Notes: a model not told the origin generated them from the letters alone. A stretch of 64,000 bases of DNA from Gammaproteobacteria bacterium (GCA_041600575.1 JBFIJV010000001.1:33-64032), one strand, 5' to 3'. Shown: positions 44,740 to 55,405, numbered from the stretch's first letter. Numbers and translations: made by a program.

Positions 44740-44954
44740 ATAACAGGGCTGGCATAGCATGTCCTGTGCTGTGTATCTCCTTATAAATCAAGGAGATAGG
44801 GTGGTGCGTACTAGGTTCATTGCGTTCGAGAGTGTCTACACACAGCACGTTTTCGTGTATGCAAACGCGCTCTGAGCGCGGGGGCTAACACCACTGTATA
44901 TATAGAACTCACAAAAAATATTTCACAAAATTTTAAACCTTTGTAAAGGAAAAC

Positions 44955-45614
44955 TTGCACATGGCACTATCTCCATCTGACCAGCGACGACTTGTACGAA
45001 AACTGGAAGGACGATCTCGCGCCGAGAAAGAAGCAATCATTGGCGCTACTTACGAAGCGATGAATAAGGGCATAAAAGACCCGATAATCGCTGGTATCAC
45101 CCGGGCTAAAGAAAAGATTGCGATTGCCGCTGGCTCAAGCCCTGATAATGTAAATTACAATGGTATTCAGTACGGTAACGGGGGATGGAATGTCCCGGTT
45201 AATGTGCCGGGGCGAAGAATTTATGCGTCACAATTACCGGCTGTGTTTGGAAATCTTCCACAATTTAAAAATGGATATTTTGACACGCCGGCAAGCACGC
45301 GTACCGCGTTTGTTCCAAAAAGAACTGAGGCTGATGCATGGGTGCACGGACTCAGACAATATGAAGAAGGACTTAAAAATATCGAAGGGCAATTAGTTCA
45401 AGGCAAAGATGATCAATGGAAGTCAGCACAAAAAGAAATACGACTCGCTGACCTGAGAAAAAACAGCCAGGAACTTTTGTTCAATCAAAAGCCTCGCGGC
45501 TTTCAGCCGCAACAAAAAGGCATGTTCTCTCAATTGAATGGCGGCAATAACCCTATCAATCAAATTAGTCAGGGCTTCGATAAGAAGTTCGACATGGCGA
45601 GCAAGTTACGTTAA
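44955..45614 (+). CDS. Hypothetical protein (219 aa), first gene of the late operon
   Basis: ORF. ATG 44961 is an alternative start. Confidence 0.5.
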   Translation: MHMALSPSDQRRLVRKLEGRSRAEKEAIIGATYEAMNKGIKDPIIAGITRAKEKIAIAAGSSPDNVNYNGIQYGNGGWNVPVNVPGRRIYASQLPAVFGNLPQFKNGYFDTPASTRTAFVPKRTEADAWVHGLRQYEEGLKNIEGQLVQGKDDQWKSAQKEIRLADLRKNSQELLFNQKPRGFQPQQKGMFSQLNGGNNPINQISQGFDKKFDMASKLR

Positions 45615-46105
45615 TGGCTTACAAAAAACCAGACGGCAGATCAGGTAAGCCACCCACAGAAAAGCAAAAGCATTTTGCGCGTGAGTTCATCGCTAATGGC
45701 GGCAACGCTACTGAAGCCTTTCGTCAGGCGTACACCGATAAGCACGACGCGAAAACTACGCAAAGAATGGCGTTTAAGGTTAAGCAAAGCGCGGCGATTG
45801 CAGCAGAGATTGACCGGCTACAGAAAAAGATTGACCAAAAGTTCATGATTACAATCGGAAAGATAACGCAGGAACTTGATGAAAACAGGACTCTGGCAAA
45901 AGAACTTGGCAAGCCAGAGGCTATGAATGCAGCAACAATGGGAAAAGCGAAGCTACACGGATTAATCACTGACAAGCGTGAAACAAAACACGGCTTTGCA
46001 GAGGAGTTCGTGGATGCGTTGTTGGGGAACCTTCCGGACACGACTGGCCTGCCCGGCCAGCACAGGCAGTTACCGGAAGACTCTGATGATGAAGTGCTTC
46101 ATTAA
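45614..46105 (+). CDS. terS: Terminase small subunit
   Basis: 'EKQKHFAREFIANGGNATEAFRQAY' is the classic TerS HTH N-terminus. Immediately precedes TerL. Confidence 0.8.
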   Translation: MAYKKPDGRSGKPPTEKQKHFAREFIANGGNATEAFRQAYTDKHDAKTTQRMAFKVKQSAAIAAEIDRLQKKIDQKFMITIGKITQELDENRTLAKELGKPEAMNAATMGKAKLHGLITDKRETKHGFAEEFVDALLGNLPDTTGLPGQHRQLPEDSDDEVLH

Positions 46106-47658
46106 TGGCAGCGACAGTAACTGCACCATCGAAAGTTCTTTCGATAAAAGATCCGAGCGTAATAAAAAAACTGAATCAACAGCGTCGCAATTATGCAAAC
46201 CAAAAATGGCGCTTAAATAATTTATACAAAATAAAAGACAAGGAAGGCCACGTTGTTCAGTTCATTATGAACGAGCAGCAGGAAAATTTATATGACAACC
46301 AATGGTATCTCAATGTAGTTCTTAAAGCGCGTCAGCTAGGGTTTTCTACCTTCATTGATGTGTACATTCTTGATACGTGCTTGTTTAACGACAACATTGA
46401 TGCAGGCATCATCGCTCACCATCTTGACGACGCAAAGACTATCTTCGACGACAAGATTAAGTTTCCGTATGACAGTCTGCCGGAGTGGGTGCGTGGACAA
46501 AAAGAAGCAACAACCGATAGAGCAAACGAGATTGCATTTAGTAATGGTTCCAGAATCCGAGTTAGTACGTCGTTTCGTTCGGGAACGCTGCAAATCCTGC
46601 ATGTCTCTGAGTACGGGAAAATTGCGGCTAAATTTCCGGATAAGGCGCGAGAAATTAAAACTGGTGCATTCGAATCCGTTGCCACCGGGCAAAAGATATT
46701 CGTAGAGTCAACCGCTGAAGGGCGAGACGGCGAATTTTATGAGTTGTGTGTTCGCTCACAAGCGGCCACGAAGTCAAACAAAAAGCTGTCACCGCTAGAC
46801 TTCCGTTTTCACTTCTACCCTTGGTGGAAGAACCCGCTGTACCGTTTAGACCCTGCCGGGGTTGTTATCACACAAGATGACGCAAAGTATTTTGAAAATC
46901 TGGCAGAACGCGGCATCAAGCTGGACGACGGGCAATGCGCGTGGTGGGCAAAAAAATTCCAGACGCTTGGTGTGGACATTTGGAAAGAGCACCCAAGCTA
47001 CCCTGAAGAAGCATTTAAGGCATCTATTGATGGCGCTTACTATGGCACGGTAATGACCGGCCTGCGGCAAAAAGACCGCATAGGCAACGTGCCTTGGGAA
47101 CAAAGTTTCCCGGTACACACTGCTTGGGATTTAGGTATGAACGACGCTATGTCGATTGTCTTTTTTCAGCAAATTGTAAAAGACGTACGCATTATTGATT
47201 TCATCCAAGACCAAGACCGGGGCATCCCTTACTACGCTAAATTGCTCAAGGAGAAGCCGTACAGCTACGGCAATCACTACATGCCTCACGACATTAAGGT
47301 GCGCGATTTATCGACCGATATGGAGCGCAGGATAGACGTGGCGCGTAAGCATGGCATTGTCCCTATCGTGGAAGTGGCCAAGCCGCGAAACAATCAAGAC
47401 TTGATGGATCAAATCGATATGACGCGAAAATTTTTAAGCATGGCGTGGATAGATGAGAGTAATTGCAGTCACGTCATTAAAGCCCTCGAAGCCTATTCGA
47501 AGGAGTGGGACGAAAAGCTAGGGACATTCAAAAGCAATCCAAGACACAACTGGGCATCACACCCTGCTGACGCAGTAAGGTCAGGCGCAGTTGGTTTTAA
47601 ATCGGTGGTCTACGCTGCACAGCAGATGCTGGAACCGCCTCCACTTGAGGATTATTAA
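46105..47658 (+). CDS. terL: Terminase large subunit
   Basis: Deviant Walker A 'LKARQLGFST'. C-terminal RNaseH-like nuclease with 'HTAWDLGMND' first Asp. Confidence 0.8.
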   Translation: MAATVTAPSKVLSIKDPSVIKKLNQQRRNYANQKWRLNNLYKIKDKEGHVVQFIMNEQQENLYDNQWYLNVVLKARQLGFSTFIDVYILDTCLFNDNIDAGIIAHHLDDAKTIFDDKIKFPYDSLPEWVRGQKEATTDRANEIAFSNGSRIRVSTSFRSGTLQILHVSEYGKIAAKFPDKAREIKTGAFESVATGQKIFVESTAEGRDGEFYELCVRSQAATKSNKKLSPLDFRFHFYPWWKNPLYRLDPAGVVITQDDAKYFENLAERGIKLDDGQCAWWAKKFQTLGVDIWKEHPSYPEEAFKASIDGAYYGTVMTGLRQKDRIGNVPWEQSFPVHTAWDLGMNDAMSIVFFQQIVKDVRIIDFIQDQDRGIPYYAKLLKEKPYSYGNHYMPHDIKVRDLSTDMERRIDVARKHGIVPIVEVAKPRNNQDLMDQIDMTRKFLSMAWIDESNCSHVIKALEAYSKEWDEKLGTFKSNPRHNWASHPADAVRSGAVGFKSVVYAAQQMLEPPPLEDY

Positions 47659-47840
47659 TGGGTACTAACGATATTGGAAAACGAGTTGTCTTACTTGGCC
47701 TCCCTTGGGGATTCGTATTTATCGAAGTACAGGATGACGAAGATTAATGGCCGCAAACAACAACTCAAAACCAAACGTCAGACTGAAAAAAGTTGATTGG
47801 CGAGCACTGGTCTCGGAGTCCGTTGACTTGAACGCGCCGC

Positions 47841-48278
47841 ATGACTCGTATGAGTTTAGCAAGCGCACCTTCAAAGAAACCGACGGTGATGGAGTATATG
47901 ACAGTGAGTAGTTTAGCTTTGCCCGAATCAGTTACACGTGAGTTAGAAGAGCAACAGGTCAGCTCATTAGCAAAGAATATTATCGAAGTGCTGGACAAGC
48001 ATTATCCGACCTACACCGGGACATGGCACATATTAATTAACACAGATCCAAATGCCGGCGTTGTCCAAGTACGCAACTTGCGCATCAGTGGGACGATGGG
48101 TTTTCAAATTCCTATCACGTGGTTACATGACCATGACACGATGATGAAGTTAATCAAAAACAATGGCGGCGAATTGCTTGAACGTTTCCGTCTTAGTCGT
48201 GAGAGAGGCGCTTCTGTTGAAGACCAATTGAACGATGCTAAACGAAACTTTAAAGGCGAATTAATCCACGATGAGTGA
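47841..48278 (+). CDS. Hypothetical protein (145 aa or shorter)
   Basis: ORF between terL and the portal gene. Confidence 0.4.
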   Translation: MTRMSLASAPSKKPTVMEYMTVSSLALPESVTRELEEQQVSSLAKNIIEVLDKHYPTYTGTWHILINTDPNAGVVQVRNLRISGTMGFQIPITWLHDHDTMMKLIKNNGGELLERFRLSRERGASVEDQLNDAKRNFKGELIHDE

Positions 48279-50541
48279 CAAGTTCCAGTCTGCTGGGCGT
48301 ACCACAAACCAAAACAAGAATGATGAAGAAGTAACCGTCGCGGAAAATAGCGCTCCCGAATTGATGGATGACTTTGCCGACGCAACACTTATCAACGAAG
48401 CTATTAACACCCAGAAGAGCGAAGCTGAAGATAGTGAGTGGTTAGCTTTGGCGCGTGACGCGTATCAATCATCCACTGATTACTTTGATGCAAGCATAAG
48501 GAAAGGCGTTGAGAGGAATCTCGCGCATTTCAATATTCAGCACGCACCGGGTTCGAAATACCATTCTGACTTATACAAATACCGGGCGAAAGGGTTTCGA
48601 CCTAAAACACGTTCAGTCATTCGTCAGAACGAAGCAAAAGCGGCTGTCGCCTTATTCTCAACCAGCGACGTAGCACACGTCAGCGCAGAGAATGATTCAG
48701 ACATGAACATGCAAATGAACGCGGAAATAAACGAGAAGCTATTGCAGTACCGTTTAACAAACACAATGGATTGGTTCCAGACAGCCATTGGCGCGTATCA
48801 GGACGCACTGACAACCGGTGTCTGCTTATCTCACCAGCATTGGGATTACGAGGAAATCGTAGACGAGATAGAGGAAACACAGGAGGGCTTGTTGGGTGCT
48901 GAGCCGGTAATGCGGGAAGTCAGAACTATTGTGCGTGACACTCCAGCAGTTGACTTACGCCCTATTGAAAACTTGCGCTTCAGCCCGTCGGCTGACTGGC
49001 GCGACCCGGTAGGCACATCGCCTTATCTGGTTGATTTAATGCCAATGGAAATTGGCGCGGCCAAGCAAATGATTAAGCAGGGCCAAAAAACAAACATACC
49101 TTGGAAGGAAGATTTAGGCGAAGAAGTTTGGAAGCGCGGCATGACTAACGAATACGATTCAGTTCGTAGTATGCGCGAGAGAAACAAACAGGATTCAAAA
49201 GACCAGCAACATCAAACGTCTGACTTTGATACAGTTTGGATTCATCGCAATATTATTCGCAAAGAAGGTATTGATTATATTTTTTACACGCTGGGTGTTT
49301 ACCAGTTGTTATCAGACCCTATCCCATTAGTTAAAGAGTATGGCTTTCTAAAACTGGGTGAACGTCCTTACAAAATGGGTAAGGCCGTCATTGAGACGCA
49401 CAAGGTCTACCCTGAATCGTTGGCCGGGTTGGGCGCATCGCTACAGCACGAAGCTAACGATATTAATAACCAGCGACGTGACAACGTGCAGTTGGTTCTT
49501 AATCGACGCTACTACGCACGACGCGGCGCACAGATAGACTATCGCAGCCTGGTTAAAAACATTCCCGGCTCTGTTACTGAAATGGATAACATAACGAACG
49601 ATATTCGGAGTGATGCACCACCGGAAATAACCGGTAGCGCGTACCAAGAACAAGACCGGGTGAACATGGACTTTGATGAGTTGATGGGAACCTTCTCAAC
49701 GTCGTCTATCGGAAGTAATCGTCAACTGAATGAAACGGTTGGCGGCATGGAGATGCTGTCTGGCAGCGCTAATGACGTAACGGAATATCAGCTCCGGACT
49801 TTTGTACAAACATGGGTTGAGCCTGTTTTGAAACAGGTGATACAAATGGAGCAGTTCTACGAAACCAATGAAGCTCTGTTGCAGTTGATGGGTGATAAAA
49901 TCAAATCATTGGTGCGGTATAACAAGGGTGAAATAACCGACGCGCAGTTACAAGGCAACATGCTGGTACAAATCAATGTTGGTTTTGGCGCAACGAATCC
50001 GAAGCAAAAAATCGACAAGCTGGCAATGGGTTTGAATTACGTCATGCAAATGCCCGGCATGTCAGCACGCTTGAACAGTGACGAAGTAGGTAAGGAAGTA
50101 TTTGGCGCAATGGGTTATGACACCCACGAACGCTTCTTCCCACAATTAACCGAAGAACAAAAGCAAGCAGCTCAGCAACCACAAGACCCGAAGGTTATGG
50201 TTGAGCAAATGCGTGCACAAGCGAAGATGGCCGAACTCGAAAAACAACATGCAATGGACATGAAGCGCATGGAAGTCGAGGCCGCAATGAAGCTGCGCTC
50301 AATGCAACAGCAAAAAGCTATGTCGGACACAGACCATCAGGTGAAGATGGCATTGGCCGAGATGGACAAGGAAAAAGAAATGATGAATCTTGCTGCACGA
50401 CAGGAAATGTCACTGCAATCCATCAAGGCTCAGTTAGCGCAAAAGGCTATGTCCGAACGCGGCACGAACGAACGTTTCGTGGCCGAGAAAGAGTTCGCGC
50501 AGCAGCAGCCTGATGGAAATGGTTTTAGCAGCAAAACATAA
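48271..50541 (+). CDS. Portal protein (P22-like, with a long C-terminal coiled-coil barrel)
   Basis: 756 aa. Downstream of terL. C-terminal 120 aa is a Met/Gln/Ala/Lys-rich heptad coiled coil. Confidence 0.7.
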   Translation: MSDKFQSAGRTTNQNKNDEEVTVAENSAPELMDDFADATLINEAINTQKSEAEDSEWLALARDAYQSSTDYFDASIRKGVERNLAHFNIQHAPGSKYHSDLYKYRAKGFRPKTRSVIRQNEAKAAVALFSTSDVAHVSAENDSDMNMQMNAEINEKLLQYRLTNTMDWFQTAIGAYQDALTTGVCLSHQHWDYEEIVDEIEETQEGLLGAEPVMREVRTIVRDTPAVDLRPIENLRFSPSADWRDPVGTSPYLVDLMPMEIGAAKQMIKQGQKTNIPWKEDLGEEVWKRGMTNEYDSVRSMRERNKQDSKDQQHQTSDFDTVWIHRNIIRKEGIDYIFYTLGVYQLLSDPIPLVKEYGFLKLGERPYKMGKAVIETHKVYPESLAGLGASLQHEANDINNQRRDNVQLVLNRRYYARRGAQIDYRSLVKNIPGSVTEMDNITNDIRSDAPPEITGSAYQEQDRVNMDFDELMGTFSTSSIGSNRQLNETVGGMEMLSGSANDVTEYQLRTFVQTWVEPVLKQVIQMEQFYETNEALLQLMGDKIKSLVRYNKGEITDAQLQGNMLVQINVGFGATNPKQKIDKLAMGLNYVMQMPGMSARLNSDEVGKEVFGAMGYDTHERFFPQLTEEQKQAAQQPQDPKVMVEQMRAQAKMAELEKQHAMDMKRMEVEAAMKLRSMQQQKAMSDTDHQVKMALAEMDKEKEMMNLAARQEMSLQSIKAQLAQKAMSERGTNERFVAEKEFAQQQPDGNGFSSKT

Positions 50542-50571
50542 ATTGGGGTTTGGCATACACAAGAGGATGTT

Positions 50572-50895
50572 ATGAGCGACAACCCGACAGACGATGTACT
50601 GAAAGATTTTAATGAACAAGAGCAGCAGGAAATACGCCGAGCGAATTTAGGGATGGAAGCTGAAAGTTTTATGAGCAGCAACCTTTACCGATATATCGCA
50701 AGTAGAGCACAAATGGAATTTGAAGAAAAAATGAAAGAGTTAGTTACTTGCCCTGCTGACGACGTAAGTGAAAACACGCGTTTACGCAGCGAGATAAAAG
50801 TCTATATCGCCTTTGAAGACTGGCTTAAGGAAGCTGTGTCTTCCGGCAAAAATGCTGAGCAAAGTTTAAACGCAATGGATGCGACGGATAAGTAG
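50572..50895 (+). CDS. Hypothetical acidic protein (107 aa)
   Basis: GAGG RBS. Followed by a terminator. Confidence 0.45.
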   Translation: MSDNPTDDVLKDFNEQEQQEIRRANLGMEAESFMSSNLYRYIASRAQMEFEEKMKELVTCPADDVSENTRLRSEIKVYIAFEDWLKEAVSSGKNAEQSLNAMDATDK

Positions 50896-50913
50896 GGGAG
50901 TCTATTTATCAAC

Positions 50914-50937
50914 AAACCCGCTAACGCGGGTTTTTTT
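50914..50937 (+). terminator. Rho-independent terminator
   Basis: AAACCCGC-taac-GCGGGTTT followed by T7. Confidence 0.65.
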
Positions 50938-50968
50938 ACGCCTATCAAAAGACGGCGAGGAGCAATAA

Positions 50969-52099
50969 ATGAATACCAAAACAGCAGAAGCAAAAAAAGA
51001 AGATGGCTCGGCCACTGAGTTTAAAGCAGAAGAGAAAGCTATCTCCGAGGTAATGGAGCAAAAAGGCGTTGAAGAAGATGTGTCAGATGACTCACCTAAA
51101 AGCCGCCGGGAAGAAATTGCAGCGAAGTTTGCTAAAGAGCAGCGCGGCTACGACGGGGAAGAGGAAGTCGAAGACGAAGCTGACGATAAAGATAAGGATG
51201 ATGATTCAGAACGCAGCAAAGATGTGGAATCAACTGACGATGAGTTGCCAGATGATGACACTAAAGCTGATGAGCCTGATGAAGAATCTGAAATTATGGT
51301 TCAAGTCAAAATCAACGGCAGAACACGCGACGTTGAAAAATCAAAGATTGACGCGGTAGGTGGTGTAACCAACTACCAGAAAATTGTAGCTGCTGACGAA
51401 CAGTTTCGTGAAGCAGCAGAAAACAGAAAGATTTTAGATGAACAAGCAGAAGCCTTGCAAAGAATGGAGGCCGAGCTTGCTGAAAGAGAAAAAGCACTAT
51501 CGAAAGGACGTGCACAAGATACAGATGAACCACCCCTCAGTGGCGTTCAAATAAAAGAGGTTCGTGAGCAGGCAAAGAAGTACCGCGAAGCTCTTTTTAA
51601 TGGCGACGAAGATGCGGCAGACGAGGCTTTGGCTAACTTGATGGCAACGAAGCAGGATGCTTCTACTGGCAACAATGTAGACGAAATAATCGAAACAGCA
51701 GCAGGTCGCGCCATTCAGGTAATCGAACAGCAACGTTATCGACAGGAACTGACTCAAGCAGTTGAATCGTTCAATAAAGAGTACCAAGACATTACCGCAG
51801 ACCCTCGCCTCTATCAGATGGCCGATGCAGAAAGCGCAATTGTCAAAAAGGAACACCCTAATTGGACACCAGAGCAGATCCTGACAGAAGCAGGTGAGCG
51901 TATTCGGACATGGCATGGCAAAGACATTAAAAAGCCAGAGCCAGTGAACACCTCTATCGCGGACAAGAAAGCGGAAAAGCAACGATTATCAAACGTCAAG
52001 GCAGGCACGGTGCGTCAGCCTGCACCGCAAGGCAAGCCAAAAACAATCTCCAACTCTGAATACATTACGAATCTTCGTAAGCAACGCGGATTGGAATAA
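50969..52099 (+). CDS. Scaffolding protein
   Basis: Highly acidic. Long coiled coils. Lies between the portal and coat genes. Confidence 0.6.
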   Translation: MNTKTAEAKKEDGSATEFKAEEKAISEVMEQKGVEEDVSDDSPKSRREEIAAKFAKEQRGYDGEEEVEDEADDKDKDDDSERSKDVESTDDELPDDDTKADEPDEESEIMVQVKINGRTRDVEKSKIDAVGGVTNYQKIVAADEQFREAAENRKILDEQAEALQRMEAELAEREKALSKGRAQDTDEPPLSGVQIKEVREQAKKYREALFNGDEDAADEALANLMATKQDASTGNNVDEIIETAAGRAIQVIEQQRYRQELTQAVESFNKEYQDITADPRLYQMADAESAIVKKEHPNWTPEQILTEAGERIRTWHGKDIKKPEPVNTSIADKKAEKQRLSNVKAGTVRQPAPQGKPKTISNSEYITNLRKQRGLE

Positions 52100-52128
52100 T
52101 TTTAATTTAAATCATTGAGGTAATAACA

Positions 52129-53076
52129 ATGGCAGGACAAGTTTGGGAAACGAGCGCTGCTGGTGGGTATATGTATAGTGGGGAACTTTCACAAGTCCTT
52201 CGTAATGCACTCCAGCCGATGACTCGATTCGTACAGCATTGTGACGCAGATGATTTCACAGACAAAGGTCTTCACGCAGGTGAAGCCTTTCAGTGGAACA
52301 TTTATAGCGATGTAAGTGCACAAGGTGGGCGTTTAACGGAAAACGTTAGAATGCCTGAAACAAGTTTTACGATCACACAAGGCTCAGGCACTGTGTATGA
52401 GTTTGGTAATTCAGTTCCTTACTCTGGTTTGCTGGATGACCGTTCAGCTCACCCCGTAAAACAAATAATCCATAAGGCGCTTAAGAATGACTGCGTAAAG
52501 GCTTTTGAATCAGAAGCTCACGCTCAGTTTGCAGCAACGCCTTTAACCGTCACACCGGACAGTGGTAGCAGTGCAACAGCGATTGCATTTGAAACCACTG
52601 GCACACCAGCGGCGACAAACGCACTAGCGATGAACAACGTTCACGTTAAGTTGATCTCTGATCAGATGAAGGAACGTAATATTCCTGTCTATGAAGATGG
52701 CAACTATCGTTGTATTGGTCGTCCAAGCACGTTCCGTGATTTTAAAGATGACTTGGAAGCGATACATCAGTATCAAGACCAAGGCTTCAGTTTGATTATC
52801 AACGGTGAAATTGGTCGTTCGTACGAAGGTATTCGTTTCTTCGAGCAGACTGCAATTGCTTCACAGGGTTGGTCTGGTGGTTTATCTGATCAAGCCTTCT
52901 TCTTCGGTAGTGATACCGTTTTGGAAGCTATTGTTGTTCCGCCTGAAATACGCGGAAAACTTCCGGGTGACTTTGGTCGTGACAAGGGCGTTGCATGGTA
53001 TGCGCAAGAAGGTTTTGCATTAGTTCATACCATTGCAGCAGACGCAAGAATCGTTGAATGGGCATCAGCAGCTTAA
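52129..53076 (+). CDS. Major capsid protein (HK97-fold)
   Basis: 315 aa. Position after the scaffold. GAGG RBS. Confidence 0.65.
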   Translation: MAGQVWETSAAGGYMYSGELSQVLRNALQPMTRFVQHCDADDFTDKGLHAGEAFQWNIYSDVSAQGGRLTENVRMPETSFTITQGSGTVYEFGNSVPYSGLLDDRSAHPVKQIIHKALKNDCVKAFESEAHAQFAATPLTVTPDSGSSATAIAFETTGTPAATNALAMNNVHVKLISDQMKERNIPVYEDGNYRCIGRPSTFRDFKDDLEAIHQYQDQGFSLIINGEIGRSYEGIRFFEQTAIASQGWSGGLSDQAFFFGSDTVLEAIVVPPEIRGKLPGDFGRDKGVAWYAQEGFALVHTIAADARIVEWASAA

Positions 53077-53089
53077 TAGGAGGTATGTT

Positions 53090-53452
53090 ATGAGTTACTC
53101 AGAAAATGGTTTAACCGCGCATCGCTTCTCAGCTTTGACGCTTTCAGCAGCCGCTGAAATTGGTCGCATCTATGGTGTGGCCGGTTCAAAAGCAGAAATT
53201 GTCGATGTTGCAGTTATCGAAACCACTGATATTACAGTCGCAGACTGTACTGTCAAAATCGGTTCTGCTGCTGACGATAATGCGTATGGAACCTTAACAG
53301 TTCCTTTCGCTGGGTCTGTTGGTGACGGTGTAAATGGCATGGTGGCAGGCGTAGCAGATGCAGTTCCTGCTGATACTGAGATCGTTATTACTGCTGGTGG
53401 TGAATGCACTGCTGGCGCTGGTGACGTGATCGTTTATGTACGTTGGTCATAA
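53090..53452 (+). CDS. Head-associated or decoration-like protein (121 aa)
   Basis: AGGAGG RBS before ATG 53090. The ORF-track upstream extension overlaps the MCP gene. Confidence 0.45.
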   Translation: MSYSENGLTAHRFSALTLSAAAEIGRIYGVAGSKAEIVDVAVIETTDITVADCTVKIGSAADDNAYGTLTVPFAGSVGDGVNGMVAGVADAVPADTEIVITAGGECTAGAGDVIVYVRWS

Positions 53453-53463
53453 GGAGGCTAATT

Positions 53464-53658
53464 ATGCAAGGATATAAAGGTGGCGACAAAGCCAAAGTAG
53501 CAGGCGATTCGGTAAAGGACTTGGGCATAAGCTCGCAGTCTCGCATCGAGGGCGGCACGAAAATGAAACTTCGTGGCGAAACTTCTTTAGCTACTCAGCG
53601 CCCTACTCTCGCAAAGAGCAAGGTGTCGAGTGACCGAGGCAGTTTTACCTGTAAGTAA
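53464..53658 (+). CDS. Small hypothetical protein (64 aa)
   Basis: AAGGAGG RBS. Confidence 0.4.
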   Translation: MQGYKGGDKAKVAGDSVKDLGISSQSRIEGGTKMKLRGETSLATQRPTLAKSKVSSDRGSFTCK

Positions 53659-53660
53659 AA

Positions 53661-54029
53661 ATGAAGGGTGGGACAGAAATGTCCTGCCCTTTTTTTATGA
53701 TTGAAAAATGCCCAATCTGCAAAGTCAATAACCGCGCCTCTAACGGGCACGGCGCAAGGAAGGCACTATGCAATTCTTGCACACGGAAACCTTACACTAG
53801 ACACAAGAAAGAATACTGCGAGGAATGCAGCTTCGTAGCAAAGCACCGGGTTCAGCTTGATGTTGACCATGTTGATGGCAACAAGAAAAACAATGACCTA
53901 TCAAATTTAAAAACTCTCTGCGCTAACTGCCACAGACTTAAAACTCTGGAGAGTGGCGACGCATGGAATATCGGCCATAAGAAACATTTCGAAGATACGA
54001 AAATAACTTACATCGGAGAAGATGAATGA
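53661..54029 (+). CDS. HNH endonuclease
   Basis: CPIC...C..C zinc knuckle. 'DVDHVDGNKKNN...LCANCH' is the HNH core. Confidence 0.75.
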   Translation: MKGGTEMSCPFFMIEKCPICKVNNRASNGHGARKALCNSCTRKPYTRHKKEYCEECSFVAKHRVQLDVDHVDGNKKNNDLSNLKTLCANCHRLKTLESGDAWNIGHKKHFEDTKITYIGEDE

Positions 54030-54214
54030 GAAACAAAGTAATGAGCACTTTAAGGACTGATGTTGTTAAAGAAAAAGAAGGAAACAAAATGTCTGGCGGA
54101 AGAGACTGGTCTATTGGCAGTTACGGCATGAACGGCCGCCCCAGCCCACAGGAAGAAACGTGGTCAAAAAAAGATGCAATGGAAACAGGTCTTAACAGCA
54201 GGAAGCCGCTCTAA
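54026..54214 (+). CDS. Small hypothetical protein (62 aa)
   Basis: ATGA-coupled ORF. Confidence 0.35.
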   Translation: MRNKVMSTLRTDVVKEKEGNKMSGGRDWSIGSYGMNGRPSPQEETWSKKDAMETGLNSRKPL

Positions 54215-54534
54215 TGATGATCAATAAAAAAGAAAGTCACGCTGTTATCAGCGGCAAGACCAGTGATGGTGCGCGATATATTCAAGGCGGCATTCGGTTC
54301 AAGCCTAACGGCCACCCTGTTGCCGGACAAGAGATCCCAGAGCCAATTGTCGCTGCTCCAGAAAACGTTTTGCCACGCCCTGATATCGATAACCTAGAGT
54401 CCTCGCAGTTAAACGTGAAGTCTGCAAGAGAGATTCAAAAAATGGTTGAGCGTCTCGGTGGTGAATACACTAACAAGAGAGAAGGTATTGAATTCATTAT
54501 TCAGGAAAGTTTGAAGGCTAATGACATTTCTTGA
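54214..54534 (+). CDS. Hypothetical head-tail region protein (106 aa)
   Basis: Coupled ORF. Confidence 0.4.
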   Translation: MMINKKESHAVISGKTSDGARYIQGGIRFKPNGHPVAGQEIPEPIVAAPENVLPRPDIDNLESSQLNVKSAREIQKMVERLGGEYTNKREGIEFIIQESLKANDIS

Positions 54535-55405
54535 ATTAACGCAAGAACTTTGTGATAGAGCAAATATACCAAGAGACCAGTTAACGACTGTTACCGGACT
54601 GTCCGGCGAATTAAATGTTGCAACTAACTGGATCGTCCAAGCGTACATCGATATTCAGCGTTCATATTTTGGTAGATGGAGATACTTGCATACGGAATTT
54701 TTACGCAACACTCGCGCAGCAACATTGCTGGATGCAGCGCCAGCAGTAGACGCTGGCGGCGGCTTGGTCACTATTCCAGTCACAGGGCACGCTTATTCCG
54801 CGAGTGACTACATTACTATTCGTGGAACAGGCAATTACGACGGCACTTATTTAATTGCCTCTGTCGTTGCAGCCACAAGCATTAATATTACGACAACTTA
54901 TGTTTCGGAAACATTCGCAGGAACTGAAAGAGCATTTGTTCGTGACTACGAATTTAGAACAGCAAACGCTATCAAATCTTTTGATGAAGGCTCTTTAATG
55001 TTTTATCGCAAATCTGACGGGGCAAATGAATCACAACCTTTGTTTTTTCTTGATTACGAAGAATTTAAGAAGAAAAGCGTTGATTATAGCTCCCCAGATC
55101 AGCCCGCTTATATAACGATAACACCTAGTGATAAGCTGCGATGCCATCCTGCTCCCGATGCTGTTTACACCATCGAAGCCGATGCATTTATTATCCCGGA
55201 AACCCTGTCTGTTGACTCAGACGTACCTTTATTGCCTAGTGAATTTCACATGCTTATTGTATGGAAAGCGCTTATCGACTATGCCGGATTTGAAGAGGCA
55301 GCGCCTGTATTGACGTACGCCAAAGCACGTCACGACGAACTCTATAGTGACTTACTGTGGCAGCAGAAGTTTGATAACAAACAAATGGTTGTCAGAGCAG
55401 AATAA
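54521..55405 (+). CDS. Structural protein (294 aa)
   Basis: ORF in the morphogenesis operon. Confidence 0.45.
   Translation: MTFLELTQELCDRANIPRDQLTTVTGLSGELNVATNWIVQAYIDIQRSYFGRWRYLHTEFLRNTRAATLLDAAPAVDAGGGLVTIPVTGHAYSASDYITIRGTGNYDGTYLIASVVAATSINITTTYVSETFAGTERAFVRDYEFRTANAIKSFDEGSLMFYRKSDGANESQPLFFLDYEEFKKKSVDYSSPDQPAYITITPSDKLRCHPAPDAVYTIEADAFIIPETLSVDSDVPLLPSEFHMLIVWKALIDYAGFEEAAPVLTYAKARHDELYSDLLWQQKFDNKQMVVRAE

Noticed and set aside
53033-53452. Start of the post-capsid gene at 53033
   Set aside because: That extension overlaps the MCP gene by 44 nt. An AGGAGG RBS precedes ATG 53090, which was used instead.
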